Shown here in pieces: positions 25,389 through 37,312 of a stretch of DNA of 64,000 nt. Below the pieces are notes generated by a model. It searched no databases. It worked only from the letters and a program-made list of their open reading frames with translations, and was not told the origin of the DNA. A program made the translations under genes and the position numbers. How positions within the stretch are numbered: position 1 is the first letter of the stretch; every line of letters starts with the position of its first letter. The DNA lies in the NCBI RefSeq assembly GCF_018350175.1, contig NC_058368.1:55988001-56052000 (forward strand), given 5' to 3'. This stretch comes from Felis catus. Taxonomy: Eukaryota.

Positions 25389-26910
25389 GATAGATTTATC
25401 TATCTATCTAGATATATGAAGGAAAAACATAGAATTGAAGGGAGACAGTAACAAACTAACATTAATGGTTGGAGATTTTGAGACCCCTTTTCCAGTAATA
25501 ATATAACAACTAGACAAAATATCAGCAATAGATATCTGAACAGCACTATATACTTAATAGATGCTTATATATGCAAGATATCTGTACATTCCACCCAACA
25601 ACAGCAGAATGTACATCCTTCTCAAGTGCCCATGAAAAATTCTGTAGGAACGACTAATGTGTTAGGCCATAAAACATATAAAACAAGCTTTACTATATGT
25701 AAAGGATTGCAAAGAAAAGTATATTCTCTGAGACATGCATGAATATAACAGAAGGAAATTTTGGAAACCCACAAATATGTAAAAATTAAGCATTAAAAGT
25801 CTAAATAATCAAGATCAAAAAGAAATAAATATGAAATTTGAAAATACTTCAAGATGAATGTAAATGAAAACAACATAAAACTTTAGGGATATAGTAAAAG
25901 TAGTGCTTAAAGGGAACTTTAGAGCTTTAAATTCCTATTTTAAAAAATAAGAAAGATCTCAAATCAACAGTTTATCTTTTCATCTTAAGAAACTAGAAAA
26001 AGAAAGACTAAGCTGAAGCAGAAGGAAGTAAAAAATGAAGCATAGAGGAAAGTGAATGAAGTTGGGGAATATAAAAAAAATAGAGGTATCAATGAAATAA
26101 ACAGTTGCTTTTTGAAACTGTTAAAACTATTAACAAATTTTTAATGAGACTGACCAAGATGAAAGCAGAAGAAACTCAAATACTAAAACTAAAAATTAAA
26201 GAGTGAACATTAACTCATATTCCAGAAAAAAGGGGGGTATAATTAACAATACTATAAACATACAACTGTCAATACATTAGTTAACCTAAAAAAATTGACA
26301 AATTACTAGAAGCAAACTACTGAAACTGACTTAAGATTAAATTTGAAAAGACTTATAACAACTATTAGTCACAATATTAGTTACAAAACTTTTGATAAAA
26401 AAAAAAAAATAGACAAGATCTAGATAGTTTCACTCAGTAATTCTTACCAATTATTTAAAGAATTAACAGCAGTCTTTTACAATTGCATCTGAAAAAATAG
26501 AAAAGAATACATCTGTGATGTTAGTGTTACAAAAACCAAAGATGATACAAGAGAAACAAATATAGACCAATATCCTTTATAAATATATATGCAGAAATCT
26601 TCACCAAAATACTAGTTAAAATGAGTAAGTTAATAAAAAATTGTATGTCATGGCCGAGTGTCATGTATGTAAATTGTTTCAACATATGCAAAACAATCAC
26701 TCTAATATACCATTTTAATAAAATTAAATACACAACCCTCATGTTATCTGTATTGATATAGTAAAAACATTGGACAAGACACATTTACATGATTAAAAAC
26801 ATTCAAAAATTAGGAATAGAATAAAACTTCCTGAATCTTGATAAAGGGTGTCTTCCAAAACTTCACAGAAAAAATCATACTAAATGGTAAAAAAATGAAA
26901 GCTTTCCCCT
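25206..26910 (+). mobile_element. Old L1M ORF2 fragment (endonuclease to start of RT), sense strand
   Basis: A-rich. It contains tatgtgtacctaataatagaacccc (YAPN motif), gttggagatttt (GDF) and ttaggccataaaac (LGHK), and ends aatggt...aaagctttcccct (KAFP). Confidence 0.85.
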
Positions 26911-27130
26911 TTTCTACCTCCTTTAGTTGTAAACTTAGGTTGCATATTTGAGACTTTTCTTGCGTTTTGAGCTGGGCCTCTATTGCAATATACTTCCCTC
27001 TTAGGACTGCCTCTGCTGCATCTCAAAGGTTATGGGCCTTTGTGTTTTCATTTTGATTTGCTTCCATGTGCTTTTTAAAATTTTATTAATTTCCTGGTTA
27101 ACCCATTTATTCTTTAGTAGGATATTCTTT

Positions 27131-27345
27131 TTTTTTAATTTTTTTTAACGTTTATTTATTTTTGAGACAGAGACAGAGCATGAACAGGGGAGGGGCAGAG
27201 AGAGAGGGAGACACAGAATCTGAAACAGGTTCCAGGCTCTGAGCTGTCAGCACAGAGCCTGACGAGGGGCTCGAACTCACGGACCGTGAGATCATGACCT
27301 GAGCCGAAGTCGGACGCTTAACTGACCAAGCCACCCAGGCGCCCC
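27131..27345 (-). mobile_element. Can-SINE nested in L1
   Basis: Perfect 15-bp TSD AGTAGGATATTCTTT at 27116-27130 and 27346-27360. Confidence 0.97.
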
Positions 27346-27838
27346 AGTAGGATATTCTTTAACCTCAGTGTATTTGTATTCTTTCCAAAAATTTTATTTT
27401 GGTTGACTTCAAGTTTCAAAGTGTTGTGGTCTGAAAATATGCATGGTATGATCTTAATCTTTTTGTACCTGTTAAGGACTGATTTGTGACCCAGTATGTG
27501 ATCTGTTCTGGAGGATGGTCCATGTACAATCAAAAGAATGTATATTCTGCTTTAGGAAGTCCATCTGGTCCAGTGTGCCATTCAAAACCATTGTTTCCTT
27601 GTTGCTTTTCTGCTCAGATTATCTGTCTATTGTTGTAAGTGGGGTGTTAAAGTCCCCTACTATTATTGTATGATTACCAATGAGTTTCTTTATGCTTGTT
27701 ATTAACCGATTTATATATTTGGGTGCTCTCAAGTTGGGGGCATAAACATTTACTTTACAAATATTAGATCTTCTTGATGGATAGGCCTCCTAATTATGAC
27801 ATAATGCCTTCTTCATGTCTTGTTACAGTCTTTGGTTT

Positions 27839-30800
27839 CTTTTTTTAAATTTTTTTAAATTTTTATTTTTTTCAATATATCAAGTTTATTGTCAAGTTGG
27901 TTTCCATACAACACCCAGTGCTCATCCCAAAAGGTGCCCTCCTCAATACCCATCACGCACCCTCCCCTCCCTCCCACCCCCCATCAACCCTCAGTTTGTT
28001 CTCAGTTTTTAAGAGTCTCTTATGCTTTGGCTCTCTCCCACTCTACCCTCTTTTTTTTTTTCCTTCCCCTCCCTCATGGGTTTCTGTTAAATTTCTCAGG
28101 ATCCACATAAGAGTGAAAATATATGGTATCTGTCTTTCTCTGTATGGTTTATGTCACTTACCATCACACTCTCTAGTTCCATCCACGTTGCTACAAAGGG
28201 CCATATTTCGTTCTTTCTCATTGCCCTGTAGTACTCCGTTGTATATATAAACCACAATTTCTTTATCCATTTGTCAGTTGATGGACATTTAGGCTCTTTC
28301 CATAATTTGGCTATTGTTGAGAGTGCTGCTATAAACATTAGGGTACAAGTGCCCCTATGCATCAGTACTCCTGTATCCTTTGGGTAAATTCCTAGCAGTG
28401 CTACTGCAGGGTCATAGGGTAGGTCTATTTTTAATTTTTTGAGGAACTTCCACACTGTTTTCCAGAGCGGCTGCACCAATTTGCATTCCCCCCAACAGTG
28501 CAAGAGGGTTCCCGTTTCTTCACATCCTCTCCAGCATCTATAGTCTCCTGATTTGTTCATTTTGGCCACTCTGACTGGCATGAGGTGATATCTGAGTGTG
28601 GTTTTGATTTGTATTTCCCTGATGAGGAGTGACGTTGAGCATCTTTTCATGTGCCTGTTGGCCATCCGGATGTCTTCTTTAGAGAAGTGTCTGTTCATGT
28701 TTTCTGCCCATTTCTTCACTGGGTTATTTGTTTTTTGGGTGTGGAGTTTGGGGAGCTCTTTATAGATTTTGGATACTAGCCCTTTGTCCGATATGTCATT
28801 TGCAAATATCTTTTCCCATTCCATTGGTTGCCTTTTAGTTTTGTTGATTGTTTCCTTTGCTGTGCAGAAGCTTTTTATCTTCATGAGGTCCCAATAGTTC
28901 ATTTTTGCTTTTAATTCCCTTGCCTTTGGGGATGTGTCAATTAAGAAATTGCTGCGGCTGAGGTCAGAGAGGTTTTTCCCTGCTTTCTCCTCTAGGGTTT
29001 GATGGTTTCCTGTCTCACATTCAGGTCCTTTATCCATTTTGAGTTTGTTTTTGTGAATGGTGTAAGAAAGTGGTCTAGTTTCATCCTTCTGCATGTTGCT
29101 GTCCAGTTCTCCCAGCACCATTTGTTAAAGAGACTGTCTTTTTTCCATTAGATATTCTTTCCTGCTTTGTCAAAGATGAGTTGGCCATACGTTTGTGGGT
29201 CTAGTTCTAGGGTTTCTATTCTATTCCATTGGTTTATGTGTCTGTTTTTGTGCCAATACCATGCTGTCTTGATGATGACAGCTTTGTAGGAGAGGCTAAA
29301 GTCTGGGATTGTGATGCCTCCTGCTTTGGTCTTCTTCTTCAAAATTCCTTTGGCTATTCGGGGTCTTTTGTGGTTCCATATGAATTTTAGGATTGCTTGT
29401 TCTAGTTTCGAGAAGAATGCTGATGCAATTTTAATTGGGATTGCATTGAATGTGTAGATAGCTTTGGGTAGTATTGACATTTTGACAATATTTATTCTTC
29501 TAATCCATGAGCACGGAATGTTTTTCCATTTCTTTATCTTGTTCAATTTCCTTCATAAGCTTTCTGTAGTTTTCAGCATACACATCTTTTACATCTTTGG
29601 TTAGATTTATTCCTAGGTATTATGCTTCTTGGTGCAATTGTGAATGGGATCAATTTTTTTATTTGTCTTTCTGTTGCTTCATTATTAGTGTATAAGAATG
29701 CAACTGATTTTTGTACATTGATTTTGTATCCTGCAACTTTGCTGAATTCCTGTATCAGTTCTAGCAGACTTTTGGTGGAGTCTATCGGATTTTCCATGTA
29801 TAATATCATGTCATCTGCAAAAAGCGAAAGCTTGACTTCATCTTTGCCAATTTTGATGCCTTTGATTTCCTTTTGTTGTCTGATTGCTGATGCTAGAACT
29901 TCCAACACTATGTTAAACAACAGCGGTGAGAGTGGACATCCCTGTCGTGTTCCTGATCTCAGGGAAAAAACTCTCAGTTTTTCCCCATTGAGGATGATGT
30001 TAGCTTTAGGCTTTTCATAAATGGCTTTTATGATCTTTAAGTATGTTCCTTCTATCCTGACTTTCTCAAGGGTTTTTATTAAGAAAAGTTGCTGAATTTT
30101 GTCAAAGACCTTTTCTGCATCGATTGACAGGATCATATGGTTCTTATCTTTTCTTTTATTAATGTGATGTATCACATTGATTGATTTGTGAATGTTGAAC
30201 TGGCCCTGCATCCCAGGAATGAATCCCACTTGATCATGGTGAACAATTATTTTTATATGCTGTTGAATTCAATTTGCTAGTATCTTACTTGAGAATTTTT
30301 GCATCCATATTCATTAGGGATATTGGCCTGTAGTTCTCTTTTTTTACTGGGTCTCTGTCTGGTTTAGGAATCAAAGTAATCCTGGCTTCATAGAATGAGT
30401 CTGGAAGTTTTCCTTCCCTTTCTATTTTTTGGAATAGCTTGAGAATTGGGGGATTATCTCTGCTTTAAAGGTCTGGTAGAACTCCCCTGGGAAGCCATCT
30501 GCTCCTGTACTCTTATTTGTTGGGAGATTTTGGATGACTGATTCAATTTCTTCACTGGTTATGGGTCTGTTCAAGCTTTCTGTTTCCTCCTGATTGAGTT
30601 TTGGAAGCATGTGGGTGTTTAGGAATTTGTCCATTTCTTCCAGGTTGTCCAGCTTGTTGGCATATAATTTTTCATAGTATTCCCTGGTAATTGTTGTATC
30701 TCTGAGGGATTGGTTGTAATAATTCCATTTTCATTCATGATTTTATCTATTTGGGTCATCTCCCTTTTCTTTTTGAGAAGACTGGCTAGAGGTTTGTCAA

Positions 30801-30938
30801 TTTTGTTTATTTTTTCAAAAAACCAACTCTTGGTTTCGTTGATCTGCTCTACAGTTTTTTAGATTCTATATTGTTTATTTCTGCTCTGATTTTTATTATT
30901 TCTCTCCTTTTGCTGGATTTAGGCTGTCTTTGCTGTTC
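27839..30938 (-). mobile_element. Relatively young 5'-truncated feline L1 (3.1 kb)
   Basis: Poly-T tail, 3' UTR and long ORF2 segments; TSD CAGTCTTTGGTTT at 27826-27838 and 30939-30951. Confidence 0.96.
28096..30938 (-). pseudogene. Disrupted L1 ORF2 (reverse transcriptase and C-terminal Cys-rich domain)
   Basis: Consecutive ORFs 30422-30634, 29573-30229 ([16 protein letters not shown]), 29148-29546 and 28096-29121 (CWRGC..HCW) are broken by frameshifts and stops. Confidence 0.93.
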
Positions 30939-30969
30939 CAGTCTTTGGTTTAAAATCTACTTTTTCTTT

Positions 30970-31210
30970 GGGGCGCTCAGGTGGCTCAGTCAGTTAAGTG
31001 TCTGACTTCACCTCAGATCATGATCTCATGGTTCATAGGTTGAGCCCCGCATTAGGCTCTGTGCTGACAGCTTGCTCAGAGTATGGAACCTGCTTCAGAT
31101 TCTATGTCTCTTTCTCTTTCTGCCCCTCCACTGCTCACACTCTGTCTCTCCCTGTCTCTCAAAAATAAATAAATGTAAAAAAAAAACAAATTAAAAATAA
31201 GTAAATAAAA
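30970..31210 (+). mobile_element. Can-SINE nested in L1
   Basis: SINE head, CT tract and long A-tail. Confidence 0.93.
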
Positions 31211-31504
31211 TAAATTCTAGTTTGTCTGCCATAAGCATTGCTACTCTTTCTTTTGATGTCCATTAGCATTGTAGATGGCTCTCCATCCCCTCACTTTCAA
31301 TCTGCAGGTGTCCTTAGGTCTATAACAAATTTCTTGTAGGCAGCATATAGATGGGTATTGATTTTTTTTTAATCTGTTCTGACACCCTGCCACCCTGACA
31401 CCCTTTGATTGGAGCATTTAGTCCATTATTCTGAATGATTATTGATAGACATGAAATTAATGCATTATGTTACCTATAAAGGTACCACTATGTTTGTTTC
31501 TTTG

Positions 31505-31717
31505 TTTTAGTTTTTGTTTTTTAATATTATTTATTGTGAGAGAGAGAGAGCGAGCACACACTCAAGTAGAGGAGGGCAAAGAGTGAGAGAAATAGAGAAT
31601 TCCAACCAAGTTCTGCACTGTCAGAGCCTGACACGAGGCTTGGTCTCAAGCATGAGATTATGACCTGAGCCAACATTAAGAGTTGGATACGTAACTGACT
31701 GAGCCACCTAGGCTCCC
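31505..31717 (-). mobile_element. Can-SINE (older)
   Basis: Antisense SINE ending gagccacctaggctccc. Confidence 0.88.
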
Positions 31718-32384
31718 TTTGATACAGAAAAAATGACTATAACTAATTCTGACATTAAAGAGAATGTAATCTTCTGAGGAAATTTCTGTCTCTTGAATTT
31801 TAATGATTTTTTCCAGCAAATAAATTATGTAGAGAATGAAGTGTTAGTGGACTGTAATATATATTTCAATGACTGTAGGAGATTTTTAGTTGACACAGTT
31901 ATCTTTCCTGAATTGCACACCTTTGTCAGAGACTGATTGGGAGTCCTAATTTTTAATTTGCAAATTGGAGAGCAGGAAGGAATTGTTATCAAAGCAAACA
32001 TGAAGTGGAATGGTGAAAGCAGACATTTCTAAAAATCAGTGTATTGATTCCTAAGAAATGGAAAATACTTAGACTTGCTGATGTAATCAAATCTATCTTT
32101 TCGGCAACTTGGGTTTTCTTTCTATTCAAAATTGAACTATCATTAAATATAAATGAGAAAAATAATATGAAGTAAATATGAAGAAACCAACAACATAATA
32201 TCCATAAATATAATTCATTAAATAAAGATATTATTCAAAAATCAGGAGCATATATTTTATAATTATTTTAACAAAGTATGACAATCCTCAAATAGACCTC
32301 TACATATTCAAAAACTACTTATTGACTAATCTAACTATATATATAAAATTTGCATTTTAAAGAATATATCAAAGAATCTAACTT

Positions 32385-33045
32385 ACAAAGGCTGAGGTTT
32401 CCCAAAGAAGAAGAAATTCTAATCAAGAATCAAGACTGCAACATATACACCCTGCCTAAGCCTGCTGTTTTACAGAATTCTGACTCTAAACTGCAACATT
32501 AACTCTTACATTAACATTACCTCTTACTCAAAAATCAGCCTGCCAGCCTGATCAATAAATTATTGACTTGCCACGGGGCGCCTGGGTGGCGCAGTCGGTT
32601 AGGCGTCCGACTTCAGCCAGGTCACGATCTCGCGGTTCGTGAGTTGGAGCCCCGCGTCGGGCTCTGGGCTGATGGCTCAGAGCCTGGAGCATGTTTCCGA
32701 TTCTGTGTCTCCCTCTCTCTCTGCCCCTCCCCCGTTCATGCTCTGTCTCTCTCTGTCCAAAAATAAATAAACGTTGAAAAAAAATTTTAAATTATTGACT
32801 TGCCAGCCTCACAATATATCACATGAACCAAATCCTTTAAACAAACAAACAAACAAATAAATAAATCCAGACAAATGAAAAAAAGAAGAGAGGGAAATGG
32901 AAATGGAAGGAAAGAAAGAAGAAGGATTGAAAGAAAAGAACTCAGTAGATGGATAAATAATCGATATCAGTATATATAGATGTAGATACATTTATTGGAT
33001 ACATACCTCATTATCTTGTTTCTCCACAGAACCCTAGCTAATACA
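32385..33045 (+). mobile_element. MLT2-type (ERVL) LTR relic interrupted by a SINE
   Basis: gacttgccagcctcacaat..catgaaccaaatcctt and terminal tgtttctccacagaaccctagctaataca match the MLT2 3' end. Confidence 0.75.
32575..32787 (+). mobile_element. Young feline Can-SINE
   Basis: Perfect 18-bp TSD TAAATTATTGACTTGCCA at 32556-32573 and 32788-32805. Confidence 0.97.
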
Positions 33046-33391
33046 ATTGTATAAACTGATTCACAAATATTGCAGTAGCGATGATTTTTCTGTGTTGCCA
33101 AAATAATTACATGAGTTATCTTTTCCTAAAATCATAGAAAATAAGTTGTTCGCTTCCCTTATAACATTTTCGATTATATTCACTCTCCATTGAATACCTT
33201 GCAATTGTCTAACATTTCTGAGAGAATTGTCTTTTCTCTCAATTTCTTTATAGAATTTGATCTGCGTTTATTTCACAACTTTCTATATTTGTTTAGTTAT
33301 TTCTGAGTTTTTAAATAAATGTGAATAACTTTTCACTTATGTAAATGTTTATTTAATGCTATTCATTTTATTTAATGCTATTTAATATGAG

Positions 33392-33423
33392 ATCACAGCC
33401 TCTGACAGTGCAGAGATTGCTTG

Positions 33424-33465
<42 letters not shown>

Positions 33466-33530
33466 TGCCCCTCCTCTACTTGTGTGTGCTCTCTCTCTCT
33501 CTCTCTCAAGATAAATAAGCATTAAAAAAC
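33392..33530 (+). mobile_element. 5'-truncated Can-SINE
   Basis: ctgacagtgcagag...gcttggaattc, (CT)n, ctgcccctcc and aataaa tail. Confidence 0.85.
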
Positions 33531-33995
33531 AAACATAGTGGCAAAAACTGAATATATGCTCAAAACTAATTTAATAATTAAACAATTGTTTTAAGGGAAA
33601 TCCTTAGTAAAGTAAAAGGCTAAATATCTTTGTGCAGGAGATTTTTGCCTCTAAGTGTGTATGTGTATAAGTGGTGTGAAGATGTGGGATGGTAACTAAT
33701 TATGTCAGTAACATAAGCATTTAATAAGTAAATGCAGCATGTGACAAAAGAAAGTGTCTCAATCTAACTTTTCTAAAGCAAAGAAGAATATAAGTCTGTT
33801 TCCTTTCTATTACCTTGCTATATTTTTTTTAACATTTAAATATTTTTCTTCTTTAAGGTAATTGGCTGTGATATATATCACTAAAATATTTTTAATATAT
33901 ATATATCATCTTAAATATGTTTTATATTATGTCTTATTGAGTTCAGTCTTCTCCAGGTAACAAAAAATATTTCTAATTTTCAAACTCGACATTTT

Positions 33996-34268
33996 TTTCT
34001 TTTTTAGAGACATGGCACAAGTGAATGAGGGGCAGAAAGAGAGAGAGAGAGAGACAGAGAGAGAGAGAATGAGAGAATCCCAGGAGGGGTAGAAGGATAG
34101 AGAGAGGGAGAGGCTCTCCCTCTTCAGGAAGTTGGGCTCACCTGAAGCGGGGCTTGAGCTCACCCGAAGTAGGGTTTGAGCTCATCCAATGTGGGACTCG
34201 AACTCATGAACCATGAGATTATGACCTGTGCCGAAGTCAGATGCTTAACAACAGCCACCCGGGCACCC
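33996..34268 (-). mobile_element. Variant Can-SINE with three tandem 22-bp B-box units
   Basis: Units at 34136-34157, 34158-34179 and 34180-34201; TSD TCAAACTYGACATTTT at 33980-33995 and 34269-34284. Confidence 0.92.
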
Positions 34269-35061
34269 TCAAACTTGACATTTTAAAAATCTCGTCTTAT
34301 GAAGTAAGCACATTATATTTAACCATATATGTGTATAGTTACAATATTCAACATCATCTAACCTGCCTATAGGCATACAAATTTCATATGAAGAACTTGT
34401 GAATAAGTTGTTTTTTTATATAAAACTTAAAATGAAAGTATAAAGAGGAGATATTTCTTTAATTTCTACATTTAAAATATCTTTTAATTGTAGGTGTTAT
34501 CAGCTTTTCTTCTTTGTAATAAATTAATTAAATTAATTTTGTATTTATGTTTGTGTATATTGTCCAACAACAAACCAAGTGAACATACTATTAATGTCAT
34601 TTCAGTAGTTCACGTATCAAGAAATGGGCTCTGTAATTCTCCCAGCCTTTCTCTCATAGTAGTAAGATGATTACTTTTGTTCCAACCATTATTATTATGT
34701 TCCAGAAAGGAAAAAAAAAATAGGTGGAAACTACACATGTAAAAGCTTTGAAATCTATTTCAGAAAAGCAAACCTTCATATAAATCACTAGAAGAGTTCC
34801 ATTTGTGTTTATTGTTATTGATGCACTTGTTGAAAATATTGGACAACACTATTTGTACCATAGACAATTTGTAAGAAAGACTAGGAGATTTATAACTGGT
34901 TATATTACTTTCACAGTCAAACAAAATTAGGATCACTTATTACAGGATAAGGCTTGAATGGATGCTATAAACAATAGATTATTCCATGCCTATTCCATAC
35001 ACATACTAAAAATTATTAACCATCTATACTGTAAGTATACATTTTAAAGTAAACATTACCT

Positions 35062-35295
35062 GGGGCACCTGGCTGGCTCAGTCGCTGAGCGTCTGACTTC
35101 AGCTCTGGTTATGATCTCATGGCTGGTGAGTTCGCCGAGTCAGGCTCTGTGCTAATAGCTCAGAGCCTGGAGCCTGTTTCAGATTCTGTGTCTCCCTCTC
35201 TCTCTCTGCCCCTCCCCTGCTCACTCTGTCTCTCTCTTTCTCTCTCTGTCTCTGTCTCTTCTCTCTCAAAATGAATTTTAAAAAACTTAAAAAAA
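35062..35295 (+). mobile_element. Can-SINE
   Basis: TSD TAAACATTACCT at 35050-35061 and 35296-35307. Confidence 0.95.
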
Positions 35296-35499
35296 TAAAC
35301 ATTACCTATTTCACTACTTAATTTAGATATAATATTCTGAAGTTCTATTATTAAGAGAACAAGGACTAATTTATAAGAAGTATAAACAAAAAAAGAATTA
35401 TGTTTTATAATGCAAGAATCAAAGTTGTACTGAAACAAAGTTAAGCCAGTCATAAAATAAAAAGAACAAATGAATAACATCTTATATTGAAAAGTCTAT

Positions 35500-35610
35500 G
35501 AAATTAAATGCCCAGACTATGTGCAGTAAATATGATCATCTAATCACTGCATACATCTTAAACTTACACAATTATATATGCCAATCATATCTCAAAAAGC
35601 TGAAAAAATT
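35500..35610 (+). mobile_element. Old L1M 3' terminus
   Basis: cttaaacttacacaattatatatgccaatcatatctcaaaaagctgaaaaaa resembles L1MA/MB 3' ends. Confidence 0.6.
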
Positions 35611-36473
35611 AACTTTAAAAATTATACTGAAATTTCCTTGTCATTATCAGAGTTAATAATAGGCAAATTTTCATTAAATTACTCATAAAAATAAGAGACA
35701 TTTGTAGATATAAATGTATCAAATATTCTTGTATTATCTTACTTTTCTGATAATACACTTTAGCTATTTGTGTTAACTGGGAAAGTATAAGGATATCCAC
35801 CATTTCTTGATCTTTTAATTCAAAAAAAGTTTTGATGCTAAGAAGAATTTGTTGCATATATTTTCCCTAGTAAAACTACCAAATATACTCTAATAAAAAA
35901 ATTCAATTTTTGACTGTAATATATTAGTATTTACTCCACACTACTCTTATGATGCAGACTTATTAAAACAATAGGAAAATGAAAATAACAACATCACAAA
36001 CCAATAATAATGTTATCATATTAAGTGGCAATCAAGAGTACTGTGGCAAGTCATGACAAGATGAATCAAAAAGTACAAGCTAATTTCTATACTGATAAAT
36101 ATTAATTATTATTCTTTCAATTATTATCCTTCTTGTAGATTCAGAAACCTAGTGTTTTGCTTACTGCAAGTTAATTTAAAAAAAAATCCTCCTGACATAT
36201 TTATAAAACGAATGCTTTAAAGAAAAATTAAGATGCATTTTATTGTCCTCAATTTTTAGTGACAACTGAGAACAAGATAAAATGACGTATTTTCTGTGTA
36301 GGCAGAAGCATATTATTACAAACATCCATCCTCAACAATTTTTGTTTGTAATTTATACTAAGCTATGACTATTAAGCATGAAGATTTGGATTTTCACAAG
36401 TTTACTGTCTATTGAATTGAAACCTTCTTTATTATATTTTAATATTTAAAAGCACCAATAAATCTTAAACTTA

Positions 36474-36633
36474 ATTTCATGGCCCTCTTAAATTTGCATA
36501 TGGATTTTAATTATATTGATATGTATGACTTAAAAATAACTAATGAAAAAAATATTTCATGGCTCTCCTAAATTTGCATATGGGTTTTCATTATATTGAT
36601 ATGTAGAACTTAAAAATAACTAAAGAAAAAAAT
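36474..36633. repeat. 80-bp tandem duplication (2 copies)
   Basis: atttcatggc...aaatttgcatatgg...ttatattgatatgta..acttaaaaataactaa.gaaaaaaa starting at 36474 and 36554. Confidence 0.95.
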
Positions 36634-36793
36634 AAATACATATTACAAAATCAGGGTTATTCCTATTATTAAAACAATTCATCTAATGAAAAGAATTAGA
36701 AAATAAATGTTTCCCAAAGTTCCATTTGCTATGAAAACAAAATCAATTTTTAGTTATATGCTTTGGATAGTTGGTAATGTTTATCATGTTTTA

Positions 36794-37007
36794 GGGGCGC
36801 CTGGGTGGCGCAGTCGGTTAAGCCTCCGACTTCAGCCAGGTCACGATCTCGCGGTCCGTGAGTTCGAGCCCCGCGTCGGGCTCTGGGCTGATGGCCCAGA
36901 GCCTGGAGCCTGTTTCCGATTCTGTGTCTCCCTCTCTCTCTGCCCCTCCCCTGTTCATGCTCTGTCTCTCTCTGTCCCAAAAATAAATAAACGTTGAAAA
37001 AAAAAAT
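36794..37007 (+). mobile_element. Young feline Can-SINE
   Basis: TSD TTTATCATGTTTTA at 36780-36793 and 37008-37021. Confidence 0.97.
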
Positions 37008-37088
37008 TTTATCATGTTTTAATTAATTAATTAATTAATTTCCCTAATTAAATAATTAATTAGGGAAAGAAAATGAAGACTATATTTC

Positions 37089-37312
37089 TTTCTCTCTCTC
37101 TCTCCTTTTTTTTTTTTTTTGTTTATTTTGTGTGAGAGAGAGAGACGCATGCATGTGTGTGGGAAAGAGAATCCAAAGCAGACTCTACACTGAACAGGCT
37201 CTGTGCTGTCAGAGCAGAGCCAACAGTGGGCTCGAACTCACCTAAACATGAAATCATGACCTGAGTGGAAATGAAGTTGGATGCTTAACAGATTGAGCCG
37301 CCCACGTGCCCC
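37089..37312 (-). mobile_element. Can-SINE (older)
   Basis: TSD TGAAGACTATATTTC. Confidence 0.92.

Larger units (their letters stand above)
26915..31480 (-). mobile_element. Carnivore L1 fragment (endonuclease domain to inter-ORF region) hosting a nested L1 and SINEs
   Basis: ORF 27318-27533 reads DHILGHK...IFSDHN (L1 EN). The sequence resumes collinearly after 30951. Confidence 0.88.

Noticed and set aside
28096..29121. 341-aa ORF, the longest in the track
   Set aside because: It is the C-terminal part of L1 ORF2 entered through a frameshift in a 5'-truncated copy, not a host gene or an active element.
34136..34201. CRISPR-like or array-like regular repeats
   Set aside because: Contiguous tandem units with no spacers, inside a SINE in a mammalian genome.
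34620..34990. Possible ancient MLT1-like LTR relic
   Set aside because: Similarity is too faint to assign boundaries by eye.
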